Shown here piece after piece: positions 1 to 10,098 of a stretch of DNA of 34,322 nt (position 1 is its first letter; every line of letters begins with the position of its first letter). This stretch comes from Lenisia limosa (Eukaryota; Protista; Breviatea): the NCBI GenBank assembly GCA_001655205.1, contig LPNZ01008417.1:1-34322 (forward strand), in the 5' to 3' direction. A program made the translations under genes and the position numbers. Under the pieces are notes generated by a model. That model had not been told where the DNA came from. It saw only the letters and a list, made by a program, of their open reading frames with translations, and ran no database searches.

Positions 1-121
1 AGGGCAACTATCATGCTGCATTTGTCACTATCAAGATGCTGGAGTAAAAGCAATCTTACCTATCAAACACAAAATAGAAAGCAACATAAAAACGGATATT
101 CTAACAGAAAGTTCGGTGACA

Positions 122-2010
122 TTATTTACAATTAACAGCTCTCATATTGCATAGATTTCCACAAATCACACTGGGCTAGTTTTTGGTTGATATTGATTGA
201 CCCCGAACTCCAAACGATATAACCGCGTACCGGGTCTAATGAAGGCGGCGCCGGATTGGACGTCGGCGGCGGATTAGACATCAACTGTCGAGCTTCATCA
301 CGCTGTCGTCTTTCTTCATCCAGTCTCTGCTGTTCCTGCTGAGCTCTGGCTTCCGCCTCTTCCCTGTCCCTCCGAGCCTTCTCATCTGCCTCAGTCTGTA
401 ACCGTCGCTCTCCCTCCTCCTTCCGAAGTTGCGCGTCCCGGGTGTCTTGCTCTGTTTAGTAAAAATGGCGAACCTGCCAACGAAAGGCAATGGGCTCGTA
501 TTTTGGGAATATGAAAGTAGTGCCCACCGATTTTCTCTCTTTCAATTCGATCGTTCTCCTCTTTTCGAGCCTTCTCTTGCTCTTTTAGCCTAGACAATCA
601 CACAACTCAGAAAAGACAGGAAGAACTGTTCGGTATTTACGCAAACAAAGCGATATATGGGTCTATAAAGACGAAAATGGGTCGGCTTACCTTTTGTCTT
701 CCTTAGCCTGAGCCTCCTCACGTGCCTTCTTCTTCCATGGGTTGTCGGCCTTGGCCTCCTCAATCTCGGCCCGGGCTCTGTCCGAACTTGAACGCATGGG
801 CTGGCGGTGTTAGCAATGGGACAGCGATGAGATGTGAATAATTAGCAATGGGACAGCGATGAGATGTGAATAATTAGTACAGAAAGTTTTCATACTTACC
901 TGAGAAGCTGCTGGAGCGTCGCGAGATGCCTGTGCTGCGGCTTCTGCTTCCTCTCCTCCTTAATTGTAAAGAAAACAAAGGTATTTCAGTCATGCAAACT
1001 AACACTGGAAATATTGATGTAGGCGATGCGCATTTTAGCAATGAACAGCCAAACGTACCAGGGTGCGTCCATGATGTCTCCTCTGTCTCAGTGTTGCCAT
1101 AGTAGACCCTGCCGTCAGATGTGGTCATTTTGGTCCAGTTCGGAGGCAGTGATGCTGCGTTGTGAGAGAAATCCAACAGTAATTCTTCTTACGGTCGGCA
1201 TTGGACTCCTTCTCCCGCTGCTGTCGAGAAGCCAAAATTTGTTTGTCACGAGCTTGGGTCTATAGTGTCAGAATGTAAAACTCATGCAAAGCAGGACAAG
1301 ACCCCTTACAGCCGCAGTGTCAGTTGGTATGTCGCTGATGTTTGAGGGGAGCGCTTTGCCAACCTCTCGCTCTGGAGTGAAGGGGTCTGCAGTGTTAGCA
1401 GAAACCCCAGCAATTCGGACGAAAATATCAGCAAAAAGGCGATAGCATTGCTCTGCTAAAGCACAAGCCAAAATGTCACTACAAAGATGGCTTAAAGCAT
1501 TTGAAGTTAATTGCAAGATTCCTCAATCGGACAATGCAAAACTCGGCTCCAGCTGATCAAGAGCCTTTAACAACTACTGAATACATGCCTACAAGCAACT
1601 TCGAAGGTTTCATCACTGTCCTCACTGCTGTCGCTTTCATACTCATCTTCCTTGGAGGCTTTGCGCCTTGGTGGTGACGAGGAGCAAAAGGGACATTCGG
1701 GAAATTATTCCAACATCAAGATGTAAATTCATACAAGAGCAATATTAAAGGAGAGGAAAGACGAAGAGGGGGGCGGGAAGAGACAAACCGTTTGATCAAG
1801 GCTCCACGAATTAGGTCCATGCTAGGCTCCTCTATCGTTTTCTTGTCTTTAAACTATTCGTCTTTGTAAAGTATATATATCATAGTAGAAGATGTATCCA
1901 AGGATCCATGTCCAACGTCAAAAAAATTCGATGACGCAGTTTTTATAGGATATAATTCCTGGTACAACTACCACAGTCTCTGATGCCCTATAAACCGGAT
2001 AAACTTCCAT
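122..2010 (-). CDS. Multi-exon WW-domain protein with a charged coiled-coil C-terminal half; both ends approximate
   Basis: Exons join in frame through GT-AG introns: ...EKESNAD|PSLPPNWTKMTTSDGRVYYGNTETEETSWTHP (canonical WW: W..YY......W.HP), then E/K/R/Q-rich helical exons (KKKAREEAQAKEDK, RLKEQEKARKEENDRIEREK, EARAQQEQQRLDEERRQRDEARQ) and PPPTSNPAPP. The start (ATG at 2010) and the last exon are tentative. Confidence 0.6.
810..877. repeat. Perfect 32-bp tandem duplication in an intron of the WW gene
   Basis: TTAGCAATGGGACAGCGATGAGATGTGAATAA at 810-841 and 842-873, followed by TTAG. Confidence 0.9.
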
Positions 2011-2160
2011 TAAACTTCTTCACCTCGCTCCTCTACTCAACCAGCCAACTCAGTCAACTCCCCCCCCCCCCNNNNNNNNNNNNNNNNNNNNNNNNNNNNN
2101 NNNNNNNNNNNNNNNCTACAATTTGCCACTTGCTGCCACCCTCTCCAAATCTTCATCCTC

Positions 2161-4464
2161 ATGAGACAAGCAATACTCTTACTTTTTATCACATTGCCTC
2201 TATTGGCTTATGCATTTACCCTCAGTACTGATGGCGTCTACCATCAATTCAGGTAGGAGTTAAATTGACTTCTGAATCACAGACAATGCCCACAGATTTG
2301 ATTTACTTACAGAGTTTCCACCCCCATTGAGGCGGAGCACGTAGCAACGAAGGAGTATGTGGATGCCCTCCATAGCAACATCACATCGTTGACGGACGAA
2401 ATCCAAAACTTGAAGGCTGAACTTCAGGTAGATAGGTGAAAAATAATAAAAGCGAATCTGACATATTGCAAAACCCCCGGTAACCACCACTTTTTTTTTC
2501 AAGAATATTGACTAATAATCACAACTTTTTTTGGCTTCAAGTGTAGGAAATCCCTTGATAGATTGACGACGCGGAGTTTATTGCCATTTAGAACCTTGCG
2601 GACAGAGGCACTCAGCTTCCCAAAATAAGGGGCTACAGATTGGTAGGATAATGTACTTGGTTTGTTATTCTTTGAGACAGGAAGTCGTCCTTTAATAAGC
2701 CTACCAGCCCCGCATACCTACTCAAAACGCTATGTGTTTGCCAACGCACAGTCTACTTCAGGGTATGTTTCGTGTCATAATAAAAGGTTACTGACCTATG
2801 TACTCATGGCATCTCAAAATGAATCAGAGTGTCTTGTTTTCTAAACGACCAGAACTGAGTTGGTTTCAGTGGTAAATTATGACCCGACAAGTATCCAACT
2901 CTATGTTAGTGCAAAGGTCTGTTACTATCTAGGGGAAAGAAACATCATTGTCTTAGCTTTTCGTATCAATCCGGAGATTTGACGTTTATTAGAACGAAGC
3001 GACACCAGAATCAGTCAATGTCATTGTCTTGGATTTGCCTCTTCAATTATACTCTTATTTTGAGGTTGCTGAGAGTATATCATTTGGCCTTTTTGGCACG
3101 TATCTGACAGGGCTTGACATTCTAGCACGGGACACGAACCGATTATTCATTCAATGAAGTCCAAAGTTTCTTCAACACCTATTACAGTGCCCCTGCCATG
3201 TTTATGATGCGAGAGGTAAGATAGTTAAACATCATATTGTTTTCTATGATAACTTATTGTACATGTTATACGTACTAGTGACGCCAGTCCCGATAGAATA
3301 TGGGAAAGCCCTCGTTCATCCCTCTGAACAACCTGAACACAATCAAACTTTTCCCACTCCCTCCCCATATTCTTCGGGACTGGCGTCACTAGTGCAGATG
3401 GGATAGCATATAGTATATCGATATTTCATATTATAGCTATGCGTAGTACCCAGTGGCATTGCATGATAATAACTAGGTTACTTTTGATTTTGCTTTTTCT
3501 CACCACACAGGTAGTAGATTTTTCGGAAAGTGGAGGAATTTCGGTTTGCAGGGGTTATTCTCATGCCATGCTAGTTTGATTTATCTCTGTTTCTAGGGGC
3601 GTATTGAGTTTTGGTTTGTACCCAATTATGATACATTATTTTGGCCTAGCCTGGTACCAATTCGAATTTACATACCATCACTGAAGAAGACCATTTTTGA
3701 CTATTCAGATGAGAGTTGGCGGAGATGTCACTAAGTCGGAAGCCAATGGTGTTCAGTGTTACGGCTATAACAACCAAATTTCGTAGGTGGTTCCTTAAAG
3801 TTTCCTTCTTTTTCATACTTGTAGAACGTTCACATATCAGTATTTTGTGACTGAGCTGACAGCACCTCTCAGTTTTGCAAACTTCCAAATTGGCATATCC
3901 GCCTTGGTTTGTAATTTGTTATTGCCATCTGTGACCTTACGATTACATTTACGGATGTTGAGGGGCATATTTTGAGGTAACTGTTTGCTTTGGCCTCACC
4001 CTTTCGACCCTGCCCATTTTCAAAAAGTTGTGTATATATGATATACGCACATACAATATATCAGTAGTCGCTATACATGTCATATCAGAGTATAGTATTA
4101 TAGTCTGATAGTGAATATTATTCACCGCTGCAGAGGACCGTTACTTTCCCTATCAGCTTCGACACTGTCCCTGTTGTAGTAGTGACTATCCACAATGGAA
4201 GTGGCAACTCAGCTATTGGAATAAGTAGGGAGATATTGAAGTGAGAACAAAACACGAAGATCATAATCTAAGGCACAAAGCGTGTCCTTTGAATTGCCAG
4301 ATGACTTTTTAGCGGTTCGTTCAGTGTCGACAACAGGTTTCACCTTTGCCACAGTACTTAGCCTTGCGGCAACTACTCAAGTATGGAGATCTGTTAATAT
4401 GACTGGTGCTAATTCTATTTAGCCTGGAGTGACGTTCTCTTGGATGGCCGTTATCCCAGCTTAA
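2161..4464 (+). CDS. Secreted 301-aa adhesin/lectin-like protein: signal peptide, ATKEYVD motif, coiled coil, three H-type-lectin/gp53-like repeats
   Basis: 13 exons with consistent phases: 2161-2252, 2313-2427, 2606-2642, 2681-2762, 2853-2916, 2993-3064, 3126-3215, 3511-3543, 3709-3782, 3873-3906, 4134-4224, 4301-4380, 4423-4464 (906 nt, TAA stop). N-terminus MRQAILLLFITLPLLAYA is a signal peptide. The C-terminal repeat reads FQIGISALRTVTFPISFDTVPVVVVT...AVRSVSTTGFT...VTFSWMAV. Confidence 0.8.
3273..3394. mobile_element. 122-bp MITE-like element with ~31-bp terminal inverted repeats ending in CACTAGTG, in intron 7 of the adhesin gene
   Basis: Left end (T)ACTAGTGACGCCAGTCCCGA-T-AGAATATGGG matches the reverse complement of the right end CCCATATTCT-TCGGGACTGGCGTCACTAGTG. 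A related copy lies at 6891-6980. No clear target-site duplication. Confidence 0.65.
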
Positions 4465-4560
4465 ATCAGTGTATTATTTATTTCTCTATCATATACTATT
4501 TGGAGCAGCTCCATGTTACCTATGTGACCCCTTTAACACAGCTCCATTAAATAAAAAAAC

Positions 4561-5904
4561 CTACACATCTCTTTCAGAATCAGGTAAACTCTCCCAGGCT
4601 TGTCGTTCCATTTTTACCTAAAAGCGTAACAACATCAATCACAATCAATCACAATTAATCACACAAAAATGAAGGATGAAGCAAAAAGAGAGCAAATACT
4701 GAAATCCATGGCCAAAGATTCCTGACAATTCTCTGTAGCCTCTTTGTAAACACATCCGTATCACAATGCACGTCGTTTTCTAAATAATATAATATCGACA
4801 TGGACATGGGTATTCGGCCAGAAAAAAAAAACATAACGGAGGAAGAGGTTTTAAATGAGGTTAATTTACTTTACCTGTGTAGGGAGGGACAATTCTGCCT
4901 TTTTCCATCACCACTATCACTTCTGCCTCCCAACTACAAGCCATTCTAATGAGTAAGCATAAAAGTAGTTGTAAATTTGACATTAGAGAGCTATGTGATA
5001 TACTAATATGAAACGTTGAACCTTATCTGGTCCAAAGTGTGACATGTATACGTAACAAAGGTTCAGTTTTACAGTTAAAAGCCCTGAGCAGTCTTAAAAA
5101 AGGCCCACAAAAGAACGCACATTGGATCTGCCCACGTTTTACTCAGCTTCTTGAAGAGGAACTTTGCGATTGGGGAGCAGTATGAGCCCGTCAGTTTAAA
5201 CTTATTCTCGGCTTCTTTCTGCACCTTTTTCTCTCGGAGCAGTATCTTGGGGGGGTAAGTTTTTCACAACTAGCTGGATAATAATCCGTTGTCAGAACTG
5301 CAGACTATACTGCACACATATAAAGCAAAGGGACAAAAAACAAACAAAAAAAAAACCATCACTAAATCACCCACGCCTATCCTGCACACCAGAACCACAT
5401 ACATAACAGGGTTTCAAAAGGGGAATTCGTGTGTGAATATTTCAAGACAAAATGAAAAAGAACAAACACTCTCGGAATTGTCACAACAAAGGTGATTCCA
5501 CTCTGAGTATCTCATGGATCATCGTGATAGTTTTGAGTGTAATGGAGTAGAGCGAGAAGTCGATTAAGGTAACGCCACAACGAAAAAGACATTTCAAAAC
5601 CCACATCTTTCAGACTCATTGGTTTGACAACAGGGGGGAGAGGGCCCAGCGGGGCTGCACTGACAATCTCAAAATGAGATATCCGATCCAGATTGAGAAC
5701 AGCATACGTACTATCTGCAGCCTCTGCGTGCTATTAGATCCCTTCCGACAGCACAAAACGAAGATGGGATGATCACCAACCGATAGCAATGGAGTTTGTC
5801 GACTCATCACAGGCTAAGATTTTACCTTCAAAACGACGGCCTTTCTCCATGAAGAACACTGCTGAGACTCCTTGAACAAGGGACTGTATGTTGTCGATTG
5901 CCAT
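4561..5904 (-). CDS. LSM12: LSM12-like protein (N-terminal LSM fold plus anticodon-binding AD domain)
   Basis: Spliced product MAIDNIQSLVQGVSAVFFMEKGRRFEGKILACDESTNSIAI...KFLFKKLSKTWADP..ACSWEAEVIVVMEKGRIVPPYTENDVHCDTDVFTKRLQRIVKMER...; SKT..C.W...IVV....I.PPY is the LSM12/AD signature. TAG stop at 4561-4563. Confidence 0.8.
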
Positions 5905-6360
5905 TGTAAGGTATGGAATGGGTTGGTGTTCGTCTCGTCTTCTCTTCTTCTTGGCCGCTTTTGCGTGGCTTTTGGTGGGCTTTTTTTGCTTCCCCTTTCT
6001 AACTGGAAGGAATGGATGTGATGGGGATGGTTTTAAGCATCCCCGATGGTCGCTGGCCGGCCCGAGGAGCCTCTTGGGTATCAGATGGGTTTAAGTTGGT
6101 GCTCTCTTGGTGGGTTGATCGGTTGATCTCGTTTTGTGACCGTCCCTGGGACTTTTGGGTGGTGGCAGTGGTGGGCTATTGGAGGATAACACCCTCAGTG
6201 TTTGGGATGGGGAGGGGCGAGTTAGAGGTTGAAGCACGGTTGTAGTAGTCAAGTTTTAGTTTGTTGGCTCACTGTGTACAAAAACACGAGTAAATACATT
6301 CAAAACCAGTAGAGCCCAAGTAAGTCTCTCAGAAGCAACATGACGGTTCTTATCCCTTGT

Positions 6361-9300
6361 TCACCACCCGTATTTAGCCTTTGCTTGCATCCTATGATTT
6401 CTTCCGGATCCGAACTTTTCACGAAGCTCAAATTCATCCTGCAGCAGTGAGGAATCAATTGTCTCAGACTACCCACCTGTTTATACTGCCAAGCTAGAGC
6501 AGTGATTTGGTGTTTCCTCTTTTGGACACTGTTCGGGTTGAAGCCACTGTTTGCTGCGTCCTGAGAAATAAGAGATTGAATGAAAAAGACTGGGCTCATG
6601 GGGACAAGGAACCAAAGGATAAGACAAGCATTAGCATCTGTGACCTCTTCGAATTGCTGTTTACCCCCTCCCATACTCGAACTGAGGCTGTTTTTCTATC
6701 CACTCTCGCGAACGAAACGGCATCTTCATGTCCTGCTAAAGTGTCTATTGAAACTACATCCTGGATGAGGCAGTCGGGTCCGGCCTGCCTCATTCGGTCA
6801 AGCTGCGAGGGGGTAAGTAGAAGTTCTAATAATGGCACGAAAAAGATCGGTAAATAATCATACGTCAAACATATGTTGTACCATATGATGCACTAGTGAT
6901 GTCAGTCCCGATAGAATATGGGGAGGGAGTGGGAAGAGTTTGAGTGTGTTAAGGTTGTTCAGAGGGATGAACGAGGGCTTCAGCCGAGTTACTCTGAACA
7001 CCTGAAACACAAACATTTGCGCTACTGTGTCACCAACACTACCAATGACAATGCTGTCCACTTCATCACTCCCATCAACACTCCTTTATGTAGGGAGGTC
7101 ATCCCGAGACTAATTTGACCAATTGTCATCAAATAGGATTGGTCATGTCCAAAATTGATTCTCCCCAAAGGATTAATTAGTACAAATAAAGCTCATAATT
7201 AGGGCTTTTCATTAGTCGAAAAAAAGAAAATATGGATTTATCAAAATAGACCATGACATTCCATTTTTTTGAGACTAGAAGGGAAAAGTCATTCAAATAG
7301 AAAGGCGTTTCTTTTTTCTTTTTTTTTGAAAACAATAATTTATTCTTATGCTTCAATTCCAAATAATCATCTAAAAAATTATTTTACATGAAAAATAAAT
7401 CCAAAAATCTGCCAAATATGGAATCTCGATGAATCGCATATCGTTAGGTTACTCCCTCTGTCCCACCTCTCTTTGTTCAGACTTAGAAAGGCCGATTTTT
7501 GGTTGAGGCTTGACCTGCTCTTCCTCCTCCATAACTGGCTCAATTGCTTCGAATTCATCTGTATTGTGAGACATGAAGGGCCAAGGTTCAATATTGAGGA
7601 AATCGTGCGGCACCCTCCAGTTTGTTGGCAATATTACGCTCCAATTTTCGAATTCAAGCCCAACCATGCGTTTCAGTGAGGGGAATCTCAGAAGTGCTTG
7701 AAGGAAAAGTCTCGACCGGCTCATGGCACACTTCGTCATGAATGCTCCGGACCTGCGGGCCCTTCGGTTCCTTCGGAGGCGATACCGGTGCCGAGGGCTC
7801 TTCTTTCGCCTTAGGCTGGAGTGGCGTTAGCCAAGGTTAAACGTTTGATTCCCCCCAGTATCATAGGACAGGAGCAGGAATTATTCTCCACTCACTTGTA
7901 CCAGGGGGACGAATTTACGTTTCGGGTCGGCCTTCGTTGTTGGCTTAACTTCTGATGTGAGTTCCGAAACAAGCTGACGATTTGTTGGGGCTGCAGAAAC
8001 CTAGAAAGGGGGGGGGGGGNNNNNNNNNNNNNNNNNNNNNNNNNNNNNNNNNNNNNNNNNNNNNNNNNNNNNNNNNNNNNNNNNNNNNNNNNNNNNNNNN
8101 NNNNNNNNNNNNNNAAAAAGCAATAACAAGAGCAACCATCGCTAAAACTAGACAAAAACACAAAAGCAGAAATAAATGGAAAATTTATGAAACAAAACAA
8201 AAGCCTCAAATCAATTCTGTTGGCTAAAGCTGACACATCTTCAAGGGTTCAAAAAAACAAAACAAACAAAGCCCAGGACAGATACCAAAATGAGGCGGAA
8301 AGGCATTAATGCAAAAAAAAACTGAAAGTACCAGATGACAAATCAATATGACAAAAACATAGGCAAATATCAAAAGAGTCCATTCCTTGAAGGGAAACTA
8401 TTCATGCTAAGAATTATATATACATATCAGCCTTGCTTTCCTAAATCCCAAATTTAACGACAGATATTAGGTTATGAAGCACAAAATAATTCCTATTTCA
8501 ATACCGGAAGAGAGTGCGATTCCACTATAAAATCTAGTAATAGAGCAGAAGTTATAAATTGAAAGTGCGTGTGGCCTACAAGACATACTTATTATTACAT
8601 TGACGATGATATGATATTACACCATATATGATATGCTAAGCGCCAATCAACAGAAAAAACAACCTGGGGTGGTAGAAGCATGGAGTGCGATTTGAAAACT
8701 TTTTTCTTGACCTCTTCTTGAGGAACCTCTTTGATCTCTTCCTTTACTGGCTGAGGCTCTTCTTCCTCAATCACTCTATATTATCAAACACTGTTGAGTA
8801 CAACTAGAGATGCGATAGCCAACAATGGGGGGGAAAGCCCGGGTCGATTGACAAAGGCAAGTGTAACACTCCCACCTGTATATTTCATTTCCTGAGATGA
8901 CAGGGACATCCTCTACCTCGTCATCGCCAAAGTCTTCTTCTTCCTCCAAGAGCATGTCAAATTTGGGGTTTGTCAGACTCTCAAGGAAAGATGTGGGAGC
9001 ATCTTAGCAATAAGGATATGTCAGGGTAGGCTTCACAAAAAACGAGGTATTGTCAAGATACTATATGCAAAAGGTTCAAAAAAGCTTGATAAAAAGTAAA
9101 CAAAAAAAAAAAAAAATAGATGTTCAAAAGAGAGAAAATCAGTCAAATGAAGATTTCCTTAAGCAAAATGTGCATACTGAATTTGAGCTTCTTCCCTTTG
9201 CTTTCTTTCTCTTTCTCCTCTTCCTCAAGAATCTTAAAGAATAAAACAATCGAAAAATGGTAAACAATGGCAAAACTCCATTCTTACAGATTCATCAACA

Positions 9301-9690
9301 GGTTTCAAGAGGGGAAGCTCAAGGACTTTCTTCTTCTTCTTCTTCTTCTCCTTTCTCTTCTTCTCTTTCTTGCTCTTTTTATCAGATTTAGACTCGGGAA
9401 GATTGGCAAGAAATTGCACAAGGAGACTTTGGTCCTCAACTGCTGCCTCAGGCTTTGCTTCAGCCACCCCCTTTCGGTCTGCCAGGTCTTCCCCAATGTC
9501 TTCAACGTCACTGACTTCTTCAATTGGTCGTTTCCGGACTGCTCCTGTTCCCAGTCCTCCACCAGTGCCAGCTCTCACGATTCCTCCTCCACTAAAAGTA
9601 AGCCAAAAAAACGAAGCTACTCTCCTACTCTTCTTCTGCTGAAAGACCTGAATCCTCATCTGAGGACATATATCCAAGAAGAGATAGCAT
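6361..9690 (-). CDS. PRCC: PRCC-family (proline-rich mitotic checkpoint control / spliceosome-associated) protein
   Basis: Starts MLSLLGYMSSDEDS, has a Lys-rich tract and LLPPQ, and ends with the family C-terminus QKRKHQITALAWQYKQ|DEFELREKFGSGRNHRMQAKAKYGW*. One intron spans an N gap. Confidence 0.75.
6891..6980. mobile_element. One-ended copy of the CACTAGTG-terminated element, inverted, in a long PRCC intron
   Basis: The reverse complement matches 3306-3394 with 5 substitutions and 1 indel (counted by eye). The adjacent 6981-7160 is degenerate, with stops in the frames I checked. Confidence 0.6.
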
Positions 9691-10098
9691 TATTAAATTA
9701 TTTAAAATATTGGAGCTGGCAAATCTGGGCAAATAATGGGGTGGCATAAATAATGATGCATATATTTTTTGGGCACAAACTTACTTTTTTTTCCTGGTGG
9801 ATTCACCTGGATTTTTTTTAAAAAAAAACAAAGAATTGGAGGAGTTATATACATCTGGAGGAGATATGTCGTTAAAAAACACTACGATTTGATGATTTGA
9901 GAATTCAAACAGCCAATTTGCTGTAATTATTGCTATTTCCGTTCTTGGTGTGTCCCTCCCAGTTGCTCTCCCGTGTATTCATATTTATTAAGTATGAAGG
10001 TTTAATTTATTTAGGGTTGACTTTTCATTGAGGTATCTAGATCACCAATACAGCTTCATTCTCACTTCTTCTTTTTTTTACACAATTAGTTGTTCAAA
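9691..10098. promoter_or_regulatory. Head-to-head intergenic region (PRCC/TMEM231), probable bidirectional promoter
   Basis: 408 bp between divergent ATGs, AT-rich with A/T tracts. Promoter function is inferred from position only. Confidence 0.35.

Noticed and set aside
3293-3392. KPSFIPLNNLNTIKLFPLPPHI as a duplicated coding exon shared by two genes
   Set aside because: It lies within a TIR-bounded element, both host genes splice cleanly around it, and the two copies differ by a frameshifting indel.
3597-3613. GRIEF mini-exon suggesting an SRCR domain, and GAG-type splice acceptors in the adhesin gene
   Set aside because: A phase-consistent model with only canonical YAG/AAG acceptors exists without it, and the SRCR cysteine pattern is missing.
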